A DNA stretch of 60,097 nucleotides, from IMG/VR virus record IMGVR_UViG_3300020045_003677, positions 1-60,097 of that record. One strand, 5' to 3'. The translations under genes and the position numbers were made by a program. The notes beneath the pieces are model-generated. The model was not told where the DNA came from, did not search any database, and saw only the letters and a program-made list of their open reading frames with translations. The DNA comes from a virus. Its lineage: Duplodnaviria > Heunggongvirae > Uroviricota > Caudoviricetes. Below, one piece after another: positions 18,860-27,924 of this stretch (positions are counted from its first letter, which is position 1; every line of letters starts with the position of its first letter).

Positions 18860-19996
18860 TTATTGATTATTTTGGTTGTCTTGTGAGGATTGACGTCCTC
18901 TATTTTGCTGCATCGCTGAAGATAATTCTAACGGTACTGCTGGTATTTCTTGATTAAATTGTGGATGAGATCCAGCACGTGGACTACCCATATTTTCTAG
19001 CATGTAATCAGTTACTCTACGCACTATTTCGTTTTTGAGGTAATCTGGAAACTCCAGAACCTGAGATGTATCTGCTCCTGCTGTAAAAATATCGATGTCG
19101 TTTAGTATTGCTACTTCCGGTATCTTGATGTAATCTATTACGATCTTATCGAGAGTAACTATGGAATTAGATTTACCTACGTGAACTTCAATTTTTGGTT
19201 TGTTCTGATATGCTTTGTATTCTGCTAGATCTGTGATCTTTTCGATACCAGCATTCATTGTGTTATCGTGTACTCTATAATAAGGACGATTGAAGTTTGG
19301 TCTCATGTATACGTTGTTCTGTATAACATTCTGAATATCAAACGTCATCCTTTTACCACCATACACTAAGTAAGCTTTCTGTCCATTAGGTTTAGCTCCT
19401 TTCCAGAACACACGACACGATAAAATGTGAAGGTAATCTGATGAAGGTAATTCTATATTAAGAATCCCGTCAGCTGTTTCAACTTCATTAGCACCAACAC
19501 CTATGGCATAATCGGTAACCATTCCAACGTTAGGAGTCTCTAAGTAAATAGAGCGTCCTGCTTTAGCATCGGAACTACCACCGGTCACGGTAGTTGCATA
19601 AGGGTAACTAGATGAATTTATTGTAGCAACTGTACTGGTAACTCCAGTCTCTGTGAATCTAATATTCGAACCTACTTCAAAGTCAGCAATAGAACTTACT
19701 GTAAAGTTAACTCCGGGATCCGTAGATGCATATACTTTACCTCTAATAGGATTGTATGTAGCATCTGTACGCGGAGACCCGTCGGCATTCTTATTATAGT
19801 TAAATTTAGCATTAGTTAGCAACACTCTGAGGTCGTCAGAAAGTTGTTGATTAACAGCAAAGAAGTTATACTTCTCATTAGTAAATGCTAAAATAGCTTT
19901 ATTAAGCATATAGTTGAACTCTTCGATTGTGAAGGTTGCGGCATTAACTTTGTTAATTTCAACAAGTACTGCTTCGTATATTTCTCTTACTGTCAT
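18860..19996 (-). CDS. tail ring protein with inserted beta domain, 378 aa
   Basis: MTVREIYEAVLVEINKV...FTIEEFNYMLNKA start and YIKIPE...LEFPDYLKNEIVRRV end are typical of crAss-like ring proteins. Confidence 0.65.
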   Translation of the reverse strand: MTVREIYEAVLVEINKVNAATFTIEEFNYMLNKAILAFTNEKYNFFAVNQQLSDDLRVLLTNAKFNYNKNADGSPRTDATYNPIRGKVYASTDPGVNFTVSSIADFEVGSNIRFTETGVTSTVATINSSSYPYATTVTGGSSDAKAGRSIYLETPNVGMVTDYAIGVGANEVETADGILNIELPSSDYLHILSCRVFWKGAKPNGQKAYLVYGGKRMTFDIQNVIQNNVYMRPNFNRPYYRVHDNTMNAGIEKITDLAEYKAYQNKPKIEVHVGKSNSIVTLDKIVIDYIKIPEVAILNDIDIFTAGADTSQVLEFPDYLKNEIVRRVTDYMLENMGSPRAGSHPQFNQEIPAVPLELSSAMQQNRGRQSSQDNQNNQ

Positions 19997-20008
19997 AGTT
20001 GATGTCTG

Positions 20009-20806
20009 TTATTTAGACGCTGTAGTAGTGTCCGCTTTCTGGAAGTACTCTGGTGAAACCTCTTGCTCCAATTGCTCTACAAGGTGTTTATTTCCAGGGT
20101 CTTGCATCCATGCAACGCACGATGTTTCAGTCATACCCATTACGGTATTTCCATATCTAAACATTCCTGTAGCGTCAGTTGTTATGATGTTAGCTTTCTT
20201 TGCTTTCAAGATCAAAAGACGTAGAGAGATATCTTTACTTTCATAAATAGCTAACACCTTGTCGGTATTAGTGAACGCCTGTTCCATCAGGTATTCTTTT
20301 ATGATCATAGGACTTTCTCCGTCCATATTTACTCCAAGTAATTCTGCACGCATTGGGTAGTAAGCGCTGTTGTCTTCTAACACATAGTTAGATGCTTTAG
20401 TCCTGCGTTCGTACTTAGATACATTAATTTCAGCCTGTTTGTTTTCCATGTAAACATAGAACTCCGCACCTGGCGTGAACTGACATTCTTCTTCTGACAT
20501 GGCGATACAAGCACAATGCTTAACCCATTCCCATGTGATACGTTGAGCTTCATCAGTAAGGTCGAATGTAACACCGTCCTGTAGAACAAACTTACTAGTA
20601 GGTTCTGCCCAATATATTAATTTCTTTTTTTCTTCATCGGATAGTCGTGGTACACCTTTATACCAACCGGTTATCCTGTCTTTCACAGGTTGTACTGTAT
20701 ACTTACCTGTTTTGTATACTGATTTCAGCTTGATAATTTTATCCGCTGGAGTGCCATTCTCTAACTGAGCTATGGTCTTGATCAATCCTTTATTAGCTGG
20801 TGCCAT
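20009..20806 (-). CDS. conserved hypothetical protein following the MCP, 265 aa
   Basis: Clean ORF. C-terminal LLILKAKKANII...G.F.YG motif; synteny. Confidence 0.6.
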   Translation of the reverse strand: MAPANKGLIKTIAQLENGTPADKIIKLKSVYKTGKYTVQPVKDRITGWYKGVPRLSDEEKKKLIYWAEPTSKFVLQDGVTFDLTDEAQRITWEWVKHCACIAMSEEECQFTPGAEFYVYMENKQAEINVSKYERRTKASNYVLEDNSAYYPMRAELLGVNMDGESPMIIKEYLMEQAFTNTDKVLAIYESKDISLRLLILKAKKANIITTDATGMFRYGNTVMGMTETSCVAWMQDPGNKHLVEQLEQEVSPEYFQKADTTTASK

Positions 20807-20822
20807 TTCTTCGTATTGTTAT

Positions 20823-20855
20823 AAATTAAACCCCGGAGCTACATCAGCCCCGGGA
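20823..20855 (-). terminator. intrinsic terminator after MCP
   Basis: CCCGGGGCT-GATGT-AGCTCCGGGG hairpin followed by TTTAATTT. Confidence 0.7.
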
Positions 20856-20872
20856 TTTGTATTCATTTAGTA

Positions 20873-22291
20873 CTAGATTAATTCAATATTTTCTTTAAGA
20901 ATAAATGATTTATAAGGTACAAAAACGACTGCACAACTATATCCTAAGATATGATATTCAGATCCGTGTACACCGGTAGATACGGTACCAGATGTTTTAC
21001 CATCTTGTCCACCCATACCATTAACATAACCTTCAATAAACTCACTGCCTTCTACAGTAAATGAGGCGATGTTTGGTCTTCCGGTTTTAAGGTCGGCTGT
21101 TGTGTCAAGGAAGATACCATATCCGAAGAGATCGTATTCCTGAGACAAAGCACGGTCAGGGATGAAAGTGATTGTGTTACCCTGGAAGGTGTAACTATCG
21201 AATTCAGCACCTGCTTTTACTTTACCACCTTTTTCTTTTGAATATAAGTAAGAAGCATCATTAGGCGCGTTGAAGCGGTAATCACTCTTACCAATTTTAC
21301 CGAACTGATTGTAAAGACGTTCGTTACACATAACGACGTAGATATTACCTGTAGGACGGTCTGATTTCTCAACCATCGAAGCCATAACATCATCAAGAAC
21401 TTCAGATGTCAATTGACTATACAAGAATTTATCACAGTAACGTTCGATCTGTGGAATTACTCCGTCTCCCATTGGTACGTCGCGGCCCTGTTCGTCTTGG
21501 TCAAGACATTTACCGTTAACGTCGTAGTTGGTTTCTGAGAAAATACTAGAGTTATTTTTAGCCATCATGAAAGTGTCCAAACAATCTTTTTCATGACGAT
21601 GCATTTTGTAGTACTCTACTTTATCTTTCTTGGCTAGTTCCAAGTAAACTTTTTCCCTGATTTTGTAGTCAGCTGATACACTTTCAGAAGATCTATGACG
21701 AGACATAAAGTTTCTGTGAGTTTCAGTGTTAGACAGGTACTTAGTGTAGCCTCTCTCTGACAATTCAGGATGGTAGTTAGAACGATAACGTGTAGAACGA
21801 TTACGTTTCAGGAAGCGAGGATCCACATATTTACTATGGTCGTTTCCAACTAGGATAACTGTGTGCTGCCAACGTTTAGCGCTAAGCTGTACTGGAGGAG
21901 CAATTACCATAAGCTGTTGCTTATTTTCAAGAGTGAATGTGTCATTCTTGTCGTAATACTTCTGTTCCAAAACAACTGTAAAAGGAACTTTGTTCAGACC
22001 AGGCTGAGCTGCAGTTACATCTTCTACCACGTATACTTTATGGATATAATTCACATCGATATCCCACTGTACTGCCATAGCATTGATCGGAGTGAAATCC
22101 GAGCTAGATCCTTTAGGGTTAAAGTAAACGTTACGCAAAGCGTCTGTAAGGATTGTGATTGCTAAGTCTGGATACAGAGTTGCAACTAATCCAAGTTTGT
22201 GTGGTTTGTCGCCCAGCAACGTATTGAAATGCTGCACTGTGCGAGTGTCGCCCATATTATGGATGACCGTTTTTCTATCTACTACTTTCAT
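20873..22291 (-). CDS. major capsid protein (crAss-like, HK97 fold)
   Basis: 472 aa. N-terminus (TRTVQHFNTLLGDKPHKLGLVATLYPDL...LTDALRNVY), YHPELSERGYTKY, GDGVIPQIER and GAEFDSYTFQGNTITF resemble, from memory, p-crAssphage-type MCPs. High-expression codon choice and a terminator follow. Confidence 0.88.
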   Translation of the reverse strand: MKVVDRKTVIHNMGDTRTVQHFNTLLGDKPHKLGLVATLYPDLAITILTDALRNVYFNPKGSSSDFTPINAMAVQWDIDVNYIHKVYVVEDVTAAQPGLNKVPFTVVLEQKYYDKNDTFTLENKQQLMVIAPPVQLSAKRWQHTVILVGNDHSKYVDPRFLKRNRSTRYRSNYHPELSERGYTKYLSNTETHRNFMSRHRSSESVSADYKIREKVYLELAKKDKVEYYKMHRHEKDCLDTFMMAKNNSSIFSETNYDVNGKCLDQDEQGRDVPMGDGVIPQIERYCDKFLYSQLTSEVLDDVMASMVEKSDRPTGNIYVVMCNERLYNQFGKIGKSDYRFNAPNDASYLYSKEKGGKVKAGAEFDSYTFQGNTITFIPDRALSQEYDLFGYGIFLDTTADLKTGRPNIASFTVEGSEFIEGYVNGMGGQDGKTSGTVSTGVHGSEYHILGYSCAVVFVPYKSFILKENIELI

Positions 22292-22308
22292 TTGTTAGTA
22301 TTGATTTA

Positions 22309-23457
22309 TTAGTTATGTATGTCCCCCCATTCTTCACTGTCATCTGAACCCACAGTACCTCTTCTACTACCTGGTTGGGTCTGGGCCTGCGAAGCTACGA
22401 ATGACTTTCTTTCTGTGGAACCACTGGTACCAAGTGCGTCTTGTCGACCCCTTTTGTATGCCATTGATTTCTCTTTCTTCCAGTACTCGTCTCTTTGTTT
22501 AGCTAGGTCTTCACCATAGTAATACCAAAATGCTGCTTGAAATAACTTTGTTGGGTCTGAAAAAACCTCTTCCATGAATACGGAATCTCCATCATCATTA
22601 ACTTCCAGCACTCTATCCAGAATACTGTTTTTGACATCATCATTAACTGCCACACCTGCAACGTCTGTAATACTTTTTACAGTATCAACTACTAACCTAC
22701 GCTGGTCTTCTAGTTCATCTAACTGAGCTCTTTTTTCCATATCATTGGCAGCACGTAATTCTGCTACCTGTTCGGATTTAAATTGCTCCCGCAATGAAGC
22801 TGTTACTTTTGAGAATGTACTTCCTGACTTAGCAATTCGTAAATCATCCTCCAATTGTTCTGTAGTTGCTTCCGGGTTACTCTTACTTAAGAATTTAAGG
22901 TATACAGCGTCTTCTGTCAGTGCGTCATAGTCTACGGATGCGCTCTCCTGTCTTGCTAGAATTGTATTAACTCTCTCTGTAGCCATATTCTCAATCATGT
23001 CATTGACAGATAAGTTATTTGCTCTAAGATAATTAATCATCCCAATTTCGTTATCGTCAAGACCGTATGTCTCTTCGATTGTAGATGCGCTAGTATTATG
23101 TAACTGCTGCAGTACTTCTGCTTGTTTCTCTGGTGTTAGATCATTGAAGTGTACCGAAGTATTATCTTCAAATGCTATCATACCGCCCTCAATATCAAAT
23201 TGAGATAAGTATAGTTCTATACCACTAATATCTACGTTTGTATCAGTATCAGTATCTTTTGGGTCTGCTGGTTCTCCGGCGTCGTCATCGTCCTCATCTA
23301 GAGGGTTTAATGTTTGCCGTTCAGCAAAGGGGATATCGTCATCATCAAGTGGTTGTCTATCATCGATAGGCTCACCATCTTCTCCGAGTTTAGCGGTATC
23401 AACTGTATTTGTTGGTTCTAGGTCATTCCAATCGTCCCAACTGTTTGAATCTGCCAT
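22309..23457 (-). CDS. acidic scaffold-like protein upstream of MCP, 382 aa
   Basis: Very acidic N-terminus, helical/coiled core, and Trp-acidic motifs at both ends (SWDDWNDL, DSEEWGDIHN). Position immediately upstream of the MCP. Confidence 0.55.
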   Translation of the reverse strand: MADSNSWDDWNDLEPTNTVDTAKLGEDGEPIDDRQPLDDDDIPFAERQTLNPLDEDDDDAGEPADPKDTDTDTNVDISGIELYLSQFDIEGGMIAFEDNTSVHFNDLTPEKQAEVLQQLHNTSASTIEETYGLDDNEIGMINYLRANNLSVNDMIENMATERVNTILARQESASVDYDALTEDAVYLKFLSKSNPEATTEQLEDDLRIAKSGSTFSKVTASLREQFKSEQVAELRAANDMEKRAQLDELEDQRRLVVDTVKSITDVAGVAVNDDVKNSILDRVLEVNDDGDSVFMEEVFSDPTKLFQAAFWYYYGEDLAKQRDEYWKKEKSMAYKRGRQDALGTSGSTERKSFVASQAQTQPGSRRGTVGSDDSEEWGDIHN

Positions 23458-23469
23458 ATTCTTGCTTAT

Positions 23470-23479
23470 ATTATAGTAA
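23470..23479 (-). promoter_or_regulatory. TTACTATAAT repeated motif (putative late promoter for scaffold-MCP)
   Basis: Exact copy 12 nt upstream of the ATG at 23457. Confidence 0.65.
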
Positions 23480-23496
23480 TATTTATTTAGTTATGA

Positions 23497-23781
23497 TTAC
23501 TTTAATTTAGTGGTTCTGCGTGTAGTTTTTCTTTCTACTATTTTTTTCCAAGCTCTCGTAATGAAAAACGATACTGTTGTGGCTACAAACGTAGTAACTA
23601 CAACCCATAAGAGATCTACCAAATGAGACATCGTGGCCCCAGACATGATAGACATAGTATAGACTTTTACATTACCAATATATTCTGGTGGGAAAAACCC
23701 GCTTGCTCCACCTACCCCACTACCTGTTACCCACGAAAATAATGTTGATCTATCTTTTATCATTTCAAGTATTTTGTCCAT
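23497..23781 (-). CDS. small membrane protein (second holin candidate), 94 aa
   Basis: Hydrophobic segment LLWVVVTTFVATTVSFFI followed by a highly basic C-tail (RAWKKIVERKTTRRTTKLK). Confidence 0.5.
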   Translation of the reverse strand: MDKILEMIKDRSTLFSWVTGSGVGGASGFFPPEYIGNVKVYTMSIMSGATMSHLVDLLWVVVTTFVATTVSFFITRAWKKIVERKTTRRTTKLK

Positions 23782-23851
23782 AATTAGATATGCTTTTAAC
23801 TTTTACCTTAACCTTATGACTATTAGATAGTACAACTATATTCCGGGCGAA

Positions 23852-24304
23852 TTACTTAAGGAAATACCTTATAATCAATGTTTGACGTAAATCTAAGGGC
23901 AATTGGGCCGGTAGTTTGCTTTTATCTATTTTGTATAGTTCAATATCAGACGGTTCAGCTAAAAACTTTGTCTCTATCCCAGCTTGAATTTTTTGCAATT
24001 CTAAGTAAGCAGTACGGTCTTCTTCAGACAACTCTGCAGTTGCTTCAGACATAGCTTCGTACCAATCAACAATCTCTTTCTCTTTAGCGATCTCAGATGC
24101 ACGTTTACTTAATTCAACTGACTGCTCTAGGAATGCTGGATCTGCAGCAGCTTTAAGGGCTTCCCTGATCTTGTTTACTGCTGACGTAAGACGGTCAGTG
24201 TTTTCAATTAGACATAAATGATATTCAAAGTCCTTAATATCAGTAGGAAGTGAATTCATTGCTTCGTGAAGAAACATTACCTCTTGTCGTGTTACTTGTT
24301 CCAT
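23852..24304 (-). CDS. hypothetical helical protein, 150 aa
   Basis: Clean ORF preceded by the TTACTATAAT motif. Confidence 0.6.
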   Translation of the reverse strand: MEQVTRQEVMFLHEAMNSLPTDIKDFEYHLCLIENTDRLTSAVNKIREALKAAADPAFLEQSVELSKRASEIAKEKEIVDWYEAMSEATAELSEEDRTAYLELQKIQAGIETKFLAEPSDIELYKIDKSKLPAQLPLDLRQTLIIRYFLK

Positions 24305-24341
24305 TGTGTTTATATTTTCGTATTGATTTATTACTGTTGAT

Positions 24342-24351
24342 ATTATAGTAA
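24342..24351 (-). promoter_or_regulatory. TTACTATAAT repeated motif (putative late promoter)
   Basis: Exact copy between the recombinase stop and the ATG at 24304. Confidence 0.6.
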
Positions 24352-24373
24352 TAATATTTAATGTATGTGTAGC

Positions 24374-25357
24374 TTACTTCTTAAAATAATTATCACCAGA
24401 TATATTGTTTACTATATCGCTATCTGACGTTCTAATGTATCTGAAGAAACTCTTCTCTGTAGTATGTCCAGTTAAGGACATTATCTCGTATGTCTTCATT
24501 CTACCTGTTTGGTACATATTAGTTGCAGCACTACGTCTAGCCGTGTGTGATGATATTAATTCCCATTTCTTCTTTGACTCTGTAATCAGAGTTCCTCCAC
24601 GAATGTAGTTTATGGTAATATCAGAATCAAACCCTATACGTTTGCATATTTTCTTAAGATACCTGTTAAAGTGTTGGATGGAAATACCAAACGATAGGTC
24701 TCCGTTATACTTTTCGTAGATCTCTCTTACATAATCATGAATTGGTACTATAACCTTTTTATTTGTCTTCTTGGTTATTTTAGTAATAAACTGTTTGCCA
24801 AAATTATCTTTAGTTAGTGTAGAGTAATCGGAATATCGTAAAGCAGTAAGACATCCAACAATAAATAGGTCACGAATACGTTCTTGCTTCTTTGTAAGAC
24901 CTATATAGTAATAGATTCTAGTAATCTCATTTGACGATAGGTATACAGAAAATGGTTCTTCTGGATCTACTTTTACATCATCAAATGATCTGTCTACAGC
25001 ATATCCATATTTTGCTGCCTTACTAGCCATAGATTTTACTAATGATATAAGTGTACCTATGTAGGACTGACGTAGATTTTGCTCTTCTAAGTACACTATA
25101 AAATCATCTAAGAATTCCTCATTTACACTATTGGTATAAACAACTGCGTCATACTGGGCTGAGAAATTAGTTAGGTGGTGGATGAGAGTAGTATAATTCT
25201 TCTTGTAACTCTCACCCATCCTCTTTGCTTTTCTATCTATAGTGTCCTTTACAAACTCAGAAAACAATACTCCTGTCTTAGGTTCGTTCTGAATCAATTT
25301 ATTTATATAATCACGCTTGTGATTAGCATTGTGTACTAATTTTAGTGCTGTTCTCAT
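24374..25357 (-). CDS. tyrosine recombinase / integrase (Bacteroidota type, SAM-like + catalytic domains)
   Basis: Complete catalytic set: R in GCLTALRYSD, K in TKKT, HxxR in SSHTARRS, H in LTGHTT, Y in FFRYIR. N-terminal SAM-like core-binding domain; no obvious arm-binding domain. Confidence 0.92.
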   Translation of the reverse strand: MRTALKLVHNANHKRDYINKLIQNEPKTGVLFSEFVKDTIDRKAKRMGESYKKNYTTLIHHLTNFSAQYDAVVYTNSVNEEFLDDFIVYLEEQNLRQSYIGTLISLVKSMASKAAKYGYAVDRSFDDVKVDPEEPFSVYLSSNEITRIYYYIGLTKKQERIRDLFIVGCLTALRYSDYSTLTKDNFGKQFITKITKKTNKKVIVPIHDYVREIYEKYNGDLSFGISIQHFNRYLKKICKRIGFDSDITINYIRGGTLITESKKKWELISSHTARRSAATNMYQTGRMKTYEIMSLTGHTTEKSFFRYIRTSDSDIVNNISGDNYFKK

Positions 25358-25404
25358 ATTATCATTATCTTATTTATCATGTTTTTGTTTCAAATAGTCC
25401 CATG

Positions 25405-27024
25405 TCACAACATTCGCTTAATCATCTGATCGGCTACATACATCCCAATTCTCCACCGTCCATCGCTATTAGGGTGTAATCCGTCGGTCAGATAATTTGC
25501 CTGATTCGCCTTTGTGATTCCGCAATTGAATAAATCAATATAAGGGACAATCATTGCATCACATATCCTCTTAATTGCAGGGGTGTATGTTCCTGAGATA
25601 GCTTCGTTTGCAGAATCATTTCGCTGACAAGGCAATAAGTAAATAATTTTTACGCTTGGAAAATTGCTTCTAATCCGATCTACATTATAGCGAACAGCCC
25701 CATATATTTCATCTCTATTGCAAGCTGAAGGAGTAGTAGCTAAGGTTGTGTCGAAATCACCAACTACCCTCGCATTTGCCGCGTCATTGGTTCCTAAAGC
25801 AATCAAGATAATATCAGGTATAAAACCTGCTGCGATCATCGTGTTTACTTCTTTATTTAAAGAATTGGCTGATTCGTTACCTGTTAAAAAATATCCGGTA
25901 ACGCCATAGTTTTTATAGTTGTAAAAATTAATTCCTAAAGTCTTGATCAAATTCAGTGGAAATTCGTCAGTTGTTCCGCCAGAAATTGTAATTGAATCGC
26001 CTAAAGCAGCCAGTTTTTTCGAATAGAATGCTGAGTTGATAGTGCAAACATCATTATAACTAATAAATTTATTTCCAGATGTATATAAGCTAGAATCAAC
26101 GATAAACATATTTGAAACATCTAAAGTAACCGCTTCATTTACTGCACTATTAAAATCAAGCACGACAGCATAATAAAATGCGTCAGATGGGAGCGAAAAT
26201 GAAACAGTGAAATCACGAAAAACTGTGCTTAACACAGTCTTGATCGATGTTTCAATTATCCCCAAATAAGAGCCTTCCGAATTGTATTTTATTATAAAAA
26301 TAGTTGGCGTAAGCGCGGTTCCAACAGTCTGTCGAATGCTGACACCAAGCGTATAAGATGCCCCAGCAGGCCCTAATAATGTTGATTTTCGAAATCTAGT
26401 TGATAGCTTTAAAGGAGTGCTAGTTTTATTTGCTGAAATACGGTAATATGATAGACTGCTACTAGGTACGTCTGTTATAAATTCAGCATTTGATGAAACT
26501 AATGTCCCGCCAGAAACAATCGTTAGATAAGGACTTAGCATTGAATTTTGAAGGCTGTTTATTCTGATCGCATCAGGGTAATTAACATCTGTATTGTTCT
26601 GATCATAGATGTAATTCGAAATACTAATCAGATCATTACCTGTAATTCTTGCAGGGAATAGGCAAAAATTGCTCATTGCAGAAAAATTGTAAAACATTAC
26701 GTTTCTGCAATTCGGAATCAGATTTTTAATCAATACCGTTTTAGGGGTCGAATCTGTGGTATAGAAAGTTGAATAAGCACCTGATGCGGTTACGGCAGCA
26801 ATAACAACTGAATCAGAGGCAGGCAAAATCAAACTGTCGTTCGCTGAGTTAGTCGTTGCTGCTGCAATTTGTTTCCCATTTACTGAACTATCAACGAAAT
26901 AACCACCTACGATATTATCAAAGTTTTTTATCCAAAAAACAGCATTTAATGTCGCGGGCGTGATGCTCGTATTTGACCCTTGTCGAACCCCATTAAAGAT
27001 TCCATTTCCTATTAGTAACCCCAT
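25405..27024 (-). CDS. SGNH/GDSL hydrolase domain virion-associated protein (with probable carbohydrate-binding beta domain), 539 aa
   Basis: SGNH blocks: ALGDSIT (Ser), NYGVTG (Gly), IALGTND (Asn), DGLHPN (Asp/His). The N-terminal MGLLIGNGI start is typical of phage tail/decoration proteins. Confidence 0.85.
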   Translation of the reverse strand: MGLLIGNGIFNGVRQGSNTSITPATLNAVFWIKNFDNIVGGYFVDSSVNGKQIAAATTNSANDSLILPASDSVVIAAVTASGAYSTFYTTDSTPKTVLIKNLIPNCRNVMFYNFSAMSNFCLFPARITGNDLISISNYIYDQNNTDVNYPDAIRINSLQNSMLSPYLTIVSGGTLVSSNAEFITDVPSSSLSYYRISANKTSTPLKLSTRFRKSTLLGPAGASYTLGVSIRQTVGTALTPTIFIIKYNSEGSYLGIIETSIKTVLSTVFRDFTVSFSLPSDAFYYAVVLDFNSAVNEAVTLDVSNMFIVDSSLYTSGNKFISYNDVCTINSAFYSKKLAALGDSITISGGTTDEFPLNLIKTLGINFYNYKNYGVTGYFLTGNESANSLNKEVNTMIAAGFIPDIILIALGTNDAANARVVGDFDTTLATTPSACNRDEIYGAVRYNVDRIRSNFPSVKIIYLLPCQRNDSANEAISGTYTPAIKRICDAMIVPYIDLFNCGITKANQANYLTDGLHPNSDGRWRIGMYVADQMIKRML

Positions 27025-27296
27025 ATCAGTGTATTTTCTAATGCGGTTAACTTGATCTCTTTTACCAGATACGCATTATCTCCGGGCTGAAATCTCTTAG
27101 TTACAAACGCACCAGTCTTTGACGCTGCAGGTATTACTTCTAATATGATAGCAGTATCTGTATCGTTACAAATAACGAATGGATGACTATCCTCTAATTT
27201 AAAGTTTGCTGCACCTAGATTGGTGACTGATCCTATCATTGATAGCTGTAGTGAGGTAGATACTCCACCGGTCCCTACTAAAGATGTACTGCTCAT
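27012..27296 (-). CDS. small beta-rich structural protein, 94 aa
   Basis: Clean ORF overlapping the start of the SGNH gene; preceded by a promoter-like motif. Confidence 0.6.
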   Translation of the reverse strand: MSSTSLVGTGGVSTSLQLSMIGSVTNLGAANFKLEDSHPFVICNDTDTAIILEVIPAASKTGAFVTKRFQPGDNAYLVKEIKLTALENTLIWGY

Positions 27297-27319
27297 ATTG
27301 TAATTTGTTAGTTTTTTGT

Positions 27320-27329
27320 ATTATAGTTT
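27320..27329 (-). promoter_or_regulatory. variant late-promoter motif AAACTATAAT
   Basis: Shares ACTATAAT with the repeated motif and sits at the equivalent position between the stop at 27331 and the ATG at 27296. Confidence 0.45.
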
Positions 27330-27330
27330 A

Positions 27331-27924
27331 TTAAATTGTATGAGTAGCTACCAGCGTACAATATTTTTTGCACCAAGTCTCTACTTTATAAGGAGAGGTT
27401 CTCCAGTATTTCTTGAAGTTATCATGTGTGAGAATGTCTATCATCCTACATGATATTTCAGCGTCTGTAGCACGATATATCGCAGTACCGGCAACTTCCG
27501 AACAGTATTCTTTGTCGGTAACTGATTTTCCATGATCCAACCATACAATACCAAATGTGAATATATTCACTATATACGATAGGAAATTAGTGAACTGGTA
27601 TGGCTTACCCTTTAGTTTAGCGAATGTGTCATCCATACTATCTAACTGAATGTCTTCCCATGGGTATCTATAAACAGTAATTACCGTTCCAGTGTTGCCC
27701 ATGTAAGCTCTATTTATCTCTGCCGGCACTACACCATCTTTTACAGCCTCAATTATGATATTACCACCATATCCCATACCAACATGATTAGTAATATTGG
27801 TGTCGTAGAATGGCTTAAACTTACCTTGTGTCCATCTGGTAATATTCATGAATAACTGAATACCCCTTGCTAGAAAGCTTGTTGAATGTACCAGAATGAT
27901 ATCTCCCTTTTGAATCTTGATCAT
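27331..27924 (-). CDS. permuted papain-like (NlpC/P60, YiiX/YaeF-like) amidase
   Basis: GDIILVHS start, His in NHVGMGYG, IIEAV, KGKPY, and Cys late in YCSEVAG (His-before-Cys circular permutation). Confidence 0.8.
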   Translation of the reverse strand: MIKIQKGDIILVHSTSFLARGIQLFMNITRWTQGKFKPFYDTNITNHVGMGYGGNIIIEAVKDGVVPAEINRAYMGNTGTVITVYRYPWEDIQLDSMDDTFAKLKGKPYQFTNFLSYIVNIFTFGIVWLDHGKSVTDKEYCSEVAGTAIYRATDAEISCRMIDILTHDNFKKYWRTSPYKVETWCKKYCTLVATHTI

